Positions 57,171-64,000 of a stretch of DNA of 64,000 nt are shown here, piece after piece. The stretch spans positions 1-64,000 of the IMG/VR virus record IMGVR_UViG_3300032236_000862. The stretch is one strand, 5' to 3'. Each line of letters starts with the position of its first letter. The stretch's first letter is position 1. Made by a program: the position numbers and the translations under genes. A model generated the notes under the pieces. It was given only the letters and a program-made list of their open reading frames with translations. It had not been told where the DNA came from and did not search any database. The DNA is from a virus.

Positions 57171-57407
57171 ATGCAATTTGCACAGTTTACAATCAAAACC
57201 AAGGAGATAAAGAAACTGGTAGACGCCTTAGAGACAGCCGGATTAGAGGTCAGCATGACCAACGGCAAACACCATGTAAAGGTAGTCAATCCAGGGACTA
57301 AGAAAGTAGTCTTCTTTGGACCGCAATCTCTGGGCGACCCCAGAGCTGGTAAGAACATACTAAGGGACCTGAAGAAGGTCGGATTCAATCAACAAATAAA
57401 ACTATAA
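57171..57407 (+). CDS. HicA-like (dsRBD-fold) protein
   Basis: IKKLV..LE..G..V.....GKHH.K...P, NI.RDL...G. Confidence 0.65.
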   Translation: MQFAQFTIKTKEIKKLVDALETAGLEVSMTNGKHHVKVVNPGTKKVVFFGPQSLGDPRAGKNILRDLKKVGFNQQIKL

Positions 57408-57417
57408 GGAGGGCCTC

Positions 57418-57693
57418 ATGGCCAAGGTAACTAAAACACTAAAGGCAACACTAACCAAGAACTTGTCAGTAGAAAAGGGTGGAGCATGGCTTCTCACCAT
57501 CACTGAGAGTCATCTATCTGATAGGCCTACACATTCTGCATGGGCCAACCCATCTGCTGCAAAGCGTTTCTTGAAGCAGTGGGTTATTGAGAACACACCA
57601 CGCAAGTCAATCAAGATGGTAGTTGGGGCCACAAATGACCTAGGTAAGCCAACCCATCTATCAGGTGAGCTAACATGGAAGGCTGATGCATGA
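57418..57693 (+). CDS. Hypothetical protein
   Basis: AAGGAGG RBS. Confidence 0.65.
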   Translation: MAKVTKTLKATLTKNLSVEKGGAWLLTITESHLSDRPTHSAWANPSAAKRFLKQWVIENTPRKSIKMVVGATNDLGKPTHLSGELTWKADA

Positions 57694-57816
57694 TGGACAT
57701 GGAGACTGTACTACCCCGTACCTGCAATATGTGTCATGGTACGGGGGTCGTTTACTGGGAATCAGATGACGACTTTGATGTAGAACAATGCGAGTGCCAA
57801 TACAAAGGAGAAACAA

Positions 57817-58026
57817 GTGCCTAAGTTCCGTGTACAGTTTGATACAACCCGCCAAGGTACATTTATCTTTGATGCTGAAGATAAGGACCACGCAATAGAA
57901 ATATATACCGGCCTAGTCGAGGGTACGACATACCCCGATGAAATTGATGGCTATGAGGATACAGAGGTATCAGACAGCACATACTATGAGCTAACCGATA
58001 ACTCAGGTAAGCACATAGCTGACTAA
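57817..58026 (+). CDS. Small acidic hypothetical protein
   Basis: AAGGAG RBS. Confidence 0.6.
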   Translation: MPKFRVQFDTTRQGTFIFDAEDKDHAIEIYTGLVEGTTYPDEIDGYEDTEVSDSTYYELTDNSGKHIAD

Positions 58027-58035
58027 TAGATAACC

Positions 58036-58071
58036 AAAAAGCCCCCGGCTCTTAATTGAGTCGGGGGCTTT
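58036..58071. terminator. Bidirectional terminator between convergent regions
   Basis: AAAAA-GCCCCCGGCTC...GAGTCGGGGGC-TTT. Confidence 0.85.
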
Positions 58072-58095
58072 ATGTTTGTGTTGGCCTTTTTTGGC

Positions 58096-58230
58096 CTACT
58101 CGATAGGGTCAGTAATGTCGTTTTCTAATTCGTCAAGGTCATCCTCATCGAAGTCGAAGTCATCAAAACCATCTTCGAAGTCATCTTCGAAGTCTTCGTC
58201 GTATAGGTCTGGGTTAATCTCGTCTGACAT
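58096..58230 (-). CDS. Hyperacidic peptide, 44 aa
   Basis: MSDEINPDLYDEDFEDDFEDGFDDFDFDEDDLDELENDITDPIE; AAGGAG RBS. Confidence 0.7.
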   Translation of the reverse strand: MSDEINPDLYDEDFEDDFEDGFDDFDFDEDDLDELENDITDPIE

Positions 58231-58238
58231 GTTTCTCC

Positions 58239-60269
58239 TTAGGCGTTATCTTTGATTAGTTTTACTTCACACGCATCTGTAGTGCAATAGGCCTCACCGA
58301 TTGCATCAAATGCCATGCCTGCATACACACCGCTCAAATCAATTGGGAAGTGGGTCATGCGGGCTTCTTCGTACTCTTCAGCATTACTCTGAGTGTAAGG
58401 CATCTGAGGATATAGCGTATCATCCATGGCTAGGAAGGATACGGTCTTTAGTTGACCATCATACATATGCAATACGGTTCCGATTGCATCAGACTCGGTC
58501 TTTGGGTCAAACGATACGGTAACAGAAACAGAGTTATCTGACCAGTACCTCTGAGCAGTGGCAGCGATTGCCATCTTCTCATAGATAGAGACTTCCTTCT
58601 CAGAACGCATAGCATCTGACTTCACTGGGAAGTATACAACAGATGTTCCGTCCGGATCTGAAGCTGACGGCTCAACCTTGTAGTTAGCCATCTTGAACAA
58701 TGGGAGCATAGGGTCGCTATTAGAGAACCTAATTGTGCGCATAAAGAACTTACCGCCTGGAGTCCAGTGAACTCCTGGGGATTCTCCCGCTAGGATTGAG
58801 ACTGTGCCGGATGGCTTTACTGTGGTCATCTTGATTGACTCACGGATACCAAGCCATTCGGAGTAACTCTTATCATAGCCTTGGATGACTGCATAGCCGT
58901 CGTCCATCCAGGTACGAAGCAAGGGAAGACCCTTCGTATCTGCAAAGTTTGCGATACCGGAGATTGAAGTACCGATGCGGCGGTTGCGCTGCATGATGGC
59001 GTTTGTCTCTTCCCAGTGGGTAGGGATGAGAGTTACAGTCTTGGCATAGAGATAGGCGAACTTGAGCGTGCGCTTAAAATCTTCCAGGCTGTCGTGGCGC
59101 CCAATGTAGGTCTCTACCAATGTACAGCACTCCATTGATTCCAATGATTGTTCAGCACATGGGTTGTACCCGGCCGCTCTCCAGTCCTTGTTGTTGATCG
59201 GATCAGCTAGACGCCCGTACTTACGGGTGGTGTCCATCCAGATCACGCCAGGCTCACCATTGCGGGCAATACCCTCAATGATCTTTGATAGGTCTTGGCC
59301 AACCTCTACCTCAACGGAGTTGTTGGACATCCAGCCCCAACCAGGATTGGCAGGATCATAGGAGTTACGCTCTGGGAACATCTCGGCGTTCTTAAGATTA
59401 ATAAACTCTTCGTCATCCAAACGGCCAATTAGGAGCTCGGCTGAGCGACGGACGTTACCGGAGACTACACACACGCCGATTAGGTTACCGATGTCTGCGA
59501 TGTCACGGCGAGTCAGCTTTTGGCCAGCTCTGTTATCAAAGATCTTAGCTAGTTGGTCGTGGAGTTTGATGAGCGGATCGGGTCCAGCCGCAGTACCTCC
59601 GAAGGTCTTGATTGGAGTTCCGTATGGTCGGATTGCCGAGTAGTCAAATGTAGGCTTCTTCGTATCTGGCTTAAGGTAGCTATTGATGACGGCAGCCGTA
59701 GATTCGTACCAGCCTTCTCTGGTGTCGGGGATGACATAGGTGTCTCCTTCTGTAGGTGCATAGATAGTGAAGTCCTTGTCTGCACCCTTGTCATCGAATC
59801 CTACGCCTACGCCCAGCATTGATGCCTCCATCAAGAAAGAGAAAGGCTTAGCCGGATCGTTCTTAGTCATAGCATTTGTAGATACAAAGCTGCAGTTCTG
59901 CAACGCTGCAGAGTTTTTCTGTTCATTAACCTGAGGAGTTCCCATCATCCATAGGCCTCGGCCAGGTGGGGTCCACTTCAGGTTAAATAGTCGGTCGAAA
60001 GCTTCTTTGGCTGAAGTAGCAGCCTTGATATCAGACCAAGGCAGGCGGTTCTGCTTGGCATGGTCTTTTTGGAGAGAGTACATGCCGTTGATGACACGCT
60101 CACATACATCTGTCCAAGTCTCTTTGGTACCGTCCTCTTTAAGACGAGAGTAGGTACGCAAGAAAGTAATTTCCCCAAGAGAGTTGCCAGCAGCATCCTG
60201 ATAACCCCACGGGACCTTCTTTGACCGGTACGGAGTTACAAAATCATCTGCGAGTTTAAACGAAAACAC
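58239..60269 (-). CDS. nrdJ: Class II (B12-dependent) ribonucleotide reductase, monomeric RTPR type
   Basis: RTYSR, PPGRGLW, GNVRRSA, NPCAEQ, TTVKPSGT, C-terminal C...AC. Confidence 0.95.
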   Translation of the reverse strand: MFSFKLADDFVTPYRSKKVPWGYQDAAGNSLGEITFLRTYSRLKEDGTKETWTDVCERVINGMYSLQKDHAKQNRLPWSDIKAATSAKEAFDRLFNLKWTPPGRGLWMMGTPQVNEQKNSAALQNCSFVSTNAMTKNDPAKPFSFLMEASMLGVGVGFDDKGADKDFTIYAPTEGDTYVIPDTREGWYESTAAVINSYLKPDTKKPTFDYSAIRPYGTPIKTFGGTAAGPDPLIKLHDQLAKIFDNRAGQKLTRRDIADIGNLIGVCVVSGNVRRSAELLIGRLDDEEFINLKNAEMFPERNSYDPANPGWGWMSNNSVEVEVGQDLSKIIEGIARNGEPGVIWMDTTRKYGRLADPINNKDWRAAGYNPCAEQSLESMECCTLVETYIGRHDSLEDFKRTLKFAYLYAKTVTLIPTHWEETNAIMQRNRRIGTSISGIANFADTKGLPLLRTWMDDGYAVIQGYDKSYSEWLGIRESIKMTTVKPSGTVSILAGESPGVHWTPGGKFFMRTIRFSNSDPMLPLFKMANYKVEPSASDPDGTSVVYFPVKSDAMRSEKEVSIYEKMAIAATAQRYWSDNSVSVTVSFDPKTESDAIGTVLHMYDGQLKTVSFLAMDDTLYPQMPYTQSNAEEYEEARMTHFPIDLSGVYAGMAFDAIGEAYCTTDACEVKLIKDNA

Positions 60270-60309
60270 ACATCACCCATTTCTATAGTTTTTGGCTTGT
60301 TATCAGGTA

Positions 60310-61779
60310 TTACTTATTTAGATTGTCATCTATGATCTTGCTGACTTCACCCTCATTGAGCCCACCGTTGGGGATCTCCCGCAGTGTATTCGCCCGGTCT
60401 CCGAAGAGAGCGGAAAGCATACCACCTGAGGATTGCCGCTGAGCTGTGATCTGGATGAACTCCTTGTTTTCCTCTAACTTCTTGACTTCTCCTACCAATT
60501 TAAATAGGCGGTCAATTTCCTGACCGGTGTTAGGATCTGGGTACCCACCGTTCAATTCTTCAGCAAAACGTGCAAAAGCGACCCTAGCACCCTGCATTTC
60601 GATAACTGCGTTGAGCAAACCCTTCAGCTGTTCTTTAGTCTTTACTTCGACTGGGAGGTTAAACGCACAACTGTTGTTAGGTTTGAACGCCGGACAATTC
60701 GCCGCAACGAAGCAAGTATTGCATTGCCTGAACGATGAGGTCGTACTTTTAAGGACCGGTACATCACTGATTACATCCCTTCCTAGGTCATCTTTTTCCA
60801 TGATGGTCTTGTTTGAAACGCCAAAAACGGGCAGCGTCATGGTCTCATTTGGGTCTCTAGGCGTGAATTCTTTCCGCACCTCAACCCCCCTGTTATCAGG
60901 TTCCACACCCCTGGTTTCCGCTAAACCTGGATCATCCATTGCACCACTGTTATCAGATAACTTCTTACTATTCAAGGACTTCTCCAACTGCAGGTAGGAC
61001 CAAATAGCGAGGCGGGTTACCTCGTTACTATCATCATTCATAATCTTATCGAAGTCGAGTCCGGCCTTCTCGATGATCGCCTTGTAGCGAGGACGAGCTT
61101 GGTCTTTCTGCTTCTTCTGATACCGGACAAGTCTAGTGCCGTCCCAGACAATAGTCTCACCTCTCATCATTGGGCTAAGCCATGAGAGAGTGCTGGCGGT
61201 TGCCAACGGGACTTGTCGTAGATTATCTGGTTTAGCACAGGCAACCCCGTGAAACTCTAGATCTGGGAACTGAGCCAGAAATGCCCTAGAACGTGCTGAC
61301 AGGCTGGTGTCGTCCTCTAAGGACTCTCCAAGCAGTGCGACGTTGGGATACTGGGATGCCAAGGCGTAGAGACCATTGTGGCCCGTTTCCTGGTGCCATA
61401 CCACAGCATACTTGTCTAGCCCAAACTCCTCGCCAAAGGTTTTCCTCTGGTAGTTGATCCAGGTAGATCCAAGAGCTTTGGCATCCAACTCGGTAGCCAT
61501 AGTGATCCTATCGGCATTGATAGCCAGGAAGTCCTGGTAATCAGCCGCATAGTCCTCGAGCTCTCGCTCTGTCATGTTCAGGTCGTTGACGTTATGGCCG
61601 CCGCCATCCAGGTAGATCTTTACATCATCTGGGAAGCGATCGGCCAGAATATAGTCCTTGGTCTTTGGCAAGCCACGCTTGACTAGACGCCAGTAGTTGA
61701 TGCTTATGTGTTTAGCCCCTACAGAAGTAAGGAGAGTTCTATGACTGGGTACTTCTCCGCCCATGAAGACTATGTTCAT
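60310..61779 (-). CDS. TGT/DpdA-like TIM-barrel protein with a Cys-rich C-terminal domain
   Basis: IYLDGGG, ELD, VVWH, FHGVA, STLSW resemble degenerate TGT-family motifs; C..C...CP...C. Confidence 0.4.
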   Translation of the reverse strand: MNIVFMGGEVPSHRTLLTSVGAKHISINYWRLVKRGLPKTKDYILADRFPDDVKIYLDGGGHNVNDLNMTERELEDYAADYQDFLAINADRITMATELDAKALGSTWINYQRKTFGEEFGLDKYAVVWHQETGHNGLYALASQYPNVALLGESLEDDTSLSARSRAFLAQFPDLEFHGVACAKPDNLRQVPLATASTLSWLSPMMRGETIVWDGTRLVRYQKKQKDQARPRYKAIIEKAGLDFDKIMNDDSNEVTRLAIWSYLQLEKSLNSKKLSDNSGAMDDPGLAETRGVEPDNRGVEVRKEFTPRDPNETMTLPVFGVSNKTIMEKDDLGRDVISDVPVLKSTTSSFRQCNTCFVAANCPAFKPNNSCAFNLPVEVKTKEQLKGLLNAVIEMQGARVAFARFAEELNGGYPDPNTGQEIDRLFKLVGEVKKLEENKEFIQITAQRQSSGGMLSALFGDRANTLREIPNGGLNEGEVSKIIDDNLNK

Positions 61780-62240
61780 TCGAACCTACTAGTCCTACTC
61801 CCGAGGTGGGCATCTAGCAACGCTAGTCTTTGCCGCTCTACCTCGTCACGAAGGGCATCCCATTGTTTTACTTGGCGCTTTGAGCGCACGAACTTGGGAG
61901 ATGCAAACATTATGGATGGGACGCCTTTAGCCAGAGCTTCAGCACAGTAGTCAGCATCCGCATCTACGAATAGCTCTACCCTGCCCTTGCTCATAGCATA
62001 ATCGAGCTGGCGCATCCTTAGTTCTTGGCCCTCAAAGAAGTACCTATCATCATAGACATCGCCGTAACCAAAGATCATATTACTACGAAGCCAGTGCTCA
62101 GTCTTTGCCTGTGTCATGTCAGAGGTAATGACAACACGGTAGTGCTCAGCTAAAACACGGAAGAGGCGTACGCCATCAGGGATTGGATCCCCTACTTCCG
62201 TCATTAGCACTCCCTCTAGGGAGACCAGTGCTGTTGCCAT
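61776..62240 (-). CDS. HAD-fold protein with a degenerate motif I
   Basis: LVSLEGVL, PIP.G, T..WL, LFVD. Confidence 0.55.
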   Translation of the reverse strand: MATALVSLEGVLMTEVGDPIPDGVRLFRVLAEHYRVVITSDMTQAKTEHWLRSNMIFGYGDVYDDRYFFEGQELRMRQLDYAMSKGRVELFVDADADYCAEALAKGVPSIMFASPKFVRSKRQVKQWDALRDEVERQRLALLDAHLGSRTSRFE

Positions 62241-62356
62241 TTATATCCTCATCTTCGTCCAAATGCTTCTGCTCGCAATGTCTTGCTAGAGAAGCGACCA
62301 CGTATACCTTGTCACACAGTGCGCATTGCCACGGATTAGCCATGGCCTAAGTATAG

Positions 62357-62467
62357 TTACTTATACTTGTTTTCGCTCTTCAACTTCTTCTGCTCACGCT
62401 TCTCTTTAAGGCTCATCTTTGCCTCTTTTTTATCGTTTGCGTTACCTTTTTGTTCTTTATTGGCCAC
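62357..62467 (-). CDS. Basic peptide, 36 aa
   Basis: MANKEQKGNANDKKEAKMSLKEKREQKK...; AGGAG RBS. Confidence 0.5.
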   Translation of the reverse strand: MANKEQKGNANDKKEAKMSLKEKREQKKLKSENKYK

Positions 62468-63377
62468 GAAGTGCTCTCCTAACTAGTGTATTTGTATCGG
62501 GTAGCTCCATGCCATAGAGCTCTTTCTGTTTACCGGCATTAAATGCATTTTGGTTATCCTTGATGGAGCGTAACGCCTGGATAGCACCGGAGCGTTTGCC
62601 TGCCTGCCAACGATAGTTGTTGTAGTCGGCGTAACCTTCTCCAACCTTGCTAAAGGCAACATGCCTGCTCTTATGAATATCATCATAGAAGGCAATAGCC
62701 TGTTCCATAGCAAGCTTTAGCTTACGCTCTGCGTTAACTTTGTACGCAGGGTTAGTGGAGTTGCGAACCTCATTCAACGCATCAGTGTAACGCTTTACCA
62801 TTTCGGTAGCGTTATCGTGGTCACGCTGTGTTCGTTGTTCCCAAGCCCTGCTGTACGGAGGTTGTGGATTTAGATCTGGCTTTACAGTCCAAGTATCTGT
62901 GGTTAGGTCGTAGGCAGCATACGGGTTGATATCACGTATGTCTGACTGAGGATTAACATAATAGGTAAGCTCATAGCCTTCCCAATTAGAAGTCTTAGGC
63001 ATCAACTCTCTATTGAATCCCTCATTGAATTCTTTTGCAATCTCTTCATCAGAGAAGCCTGAGAACTCTGGATTACTTCTACGGAAGTTAACGTAGTTGA
63101 TGCCCACTAGACAATCTAAATCACCGGGTTGACGTGCAGCTTCCCATTGGTAAGATACGCCGGATCCGGCTAACCAGACATGTGTCCAAGAACCGGGAGC
63201 GTTGTACTGAGTGCCAAGGTAATCAAAGAGCATAGATAGGATACCCATACGGACCCAATGCTTTAGCTCTTCACCCTGAAATAGGTTGGGATCTAGCTCT
63301 CGAGAAGGAGCGCTGAAATAGGAAGTAGACCCCGGTGTAATCACCGGGGCTACATCTGAAAAGTCTCCATAATCCAT
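62457..63377 (-). CDS. Pol-beta superfamily nucleotidyltransferase-like protein
   Basis: hAGS...GDLDh motif and later E.TYYV; likely leaderless ATG at 63377. Confidence 0.65.
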   Translation of the reverse strand: MDYGDFSDVAPVITPGSTSYFSAPSRELDPNLFQGEELKHWVRMGILSMLFDYLGTQYNAPGSWTHVWLAGSGVSYQWEAARQPGDLDCLVGINYVNFRRSNPEFSGFSDEEIAKEFNEGFNRELMPKTSNWEGYELTYYVNPQSDIRDINPYAAYDLTTDTWTVKPDLNPQPPYSRAWEQRTQRDHDNATEMVKRYTDALNEVRNSTNPAYKVNAERKLKLAMEQAIAFYDDIHKSRHVAFSKVGEGYADYNNYRWQAGKRSGAIQALRSIKDNQNAFNAGKQKELYGMELPDTNTLVRRALRGQ

Positions 63378-63425
63378 AAGCGTATTCTCCACCCTAATCG
63401 TCGTTACGTCACGGCATAGAGCAGA

Positions 63426-63713
63426 TTACGCTGAAGGAGTTGCGTCCTCGACTGGTGGCTGCTGTGCTGCAGCAAGGCGTAGAGATACGTATTCTGCGGC
63501 TGACTGAGCCTGTAGATCCATAAGGATTTCTGATGTGTAACGGCGAACCTCGATAAGGCTTGCCTCACGCTGAACCGGAACTGTTATGATACCTGGGTTG
63601 CGCTCTACATATACATTACCGTCTTCGGTAACTAGTACTGCATAACCAAAGGCAATAGCTGGCCCTGTTGCTTCAGCAGTGTCGTGTGTGTGGTCTGCGG
63701 TCTCTTCTGACAT
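63426..63713 (-). CDS. Hypothetical protein
   Basis: ORF track. Confidence 0.6.
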   Translation of the reverse strand: MSEETADHTHDTAEATGPAIAFGYAVLVTEDGNVYVERNPGIITVPVQREASLIEVRRYTSEILMDLQAQSAAEYVSLRLAAAQQPPVEDATPSA

Positions 63714-63721
63714 GTTATATC

Positions 63722-64000
63722 CTATTCGTATAGTCCGGCTTTTTTACGGTTTTGTTCAACTACAAAGGTCTTAGCAGGGCAGAAATCACACAAGTACACC
63801 GTTGTACTTGCAGATTTCGCTGCACTCTCAAGACCAAGATCTTTGCGAAGCTCGTCTGTACCCTTAGGAACTAGACGCTTGTTCTTATTCTTCCAGTCAT
63901 AACATCCCTCTACTGGACGCAAGTGAAGGTTAAAGCACTTCATGGCATCTTCATAGAAGGTTGCCTTAGTAGTATAGTAGTCAGGATCAATATCTGCAAG
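63722..64000 (-). CDS. Hypothetical Cys-containing protein (partial)
   Basis: Frame open to the window edge; YLCDFCP. Confidence 0.55.
   Translation of the reverse strand, partial: LADIDPDYYTTKATFYEDAMKCFNLHLRPVEGCYDWKNKNKRLVPKGTDELRKDLGLESAAKSASTTVYLCDFCPAKTFVVEQNRKKAGLYE

Larger units (their letters stand above)
47518..58083. repeat. Dispersed 11-mer CAACACAAACA (10 plus-strand copies, 1 minus; a further minus copy at 27212)
   Basis: Exact copies at 47518, 48219, 49193, 49895, 51209, 52435, 53320, 54202, 55484, 56893 (+) and 58073 (-). Confidence 0.9.

Noticed and set aside
1-64000. Prophage or host DNA; alternative genetic code
   Set aside because: No integrase, att site or host housekeeping genes seen; genes are intact under code 11 with all three stops used

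Overview
64 kb segment of a large, apparently lytic myovirus (contractile tail). The host is most likely an actinobacterium, judging from WhiB, an MSMEG_6728-like glycosylase, a PASTA domain and several leaderless genes; a low-GC freshwater lineage is an inference. 1-44.9 kb (minus strand) holds the virion module: terminase, portal, scaffold, N4-gp56-type capsid, neck, fibres, sheath, tube, tail chaperone and the start of the tape measure. It also carries clusters of tiny basic proteins, an HslV-like protease, Hsp20, two KTSC-like proteins and one plus-strand secreted lytic transglycosylase. 45.2-58.0 kb (plus strand) is an early-type region of small ORFs with WhiB, tRNA-Arg(CCT), a MoxR-vWA pair, a pyrimidine-dimer glycosylase, a HicA-like protein and much structured intergenic RNA. 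58.1-64 kb (minus strand) has class II RNR, a TGT-like protein, a HAD-like protein and a nucleotidyltransferase. Highlights: (1) a duplicated cassette in which one beta-sandwich scaffold carries a long mirror-symmetric insert (289 aa with a 12+12 nested Cys ladder in one copy, about 194 aa Tyr-rich and Cys-free in the other), each followed by its own DUF6065-like protein, small partner and glycosyltransferase, suggesting a hairpin appendage plus a dedicated maturation system; (2) an 11-mer CAACACAAACA present 12 times, always on the sense strand, every 0.7-1.4 kb through the early region; (3) a candidate +1 frameshift (TTT_CGG_TGA) in the tail chaperone; (4) two covarying pseudoknots bracketing the tRNA. 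Family names come from motif recognition, not database searches.
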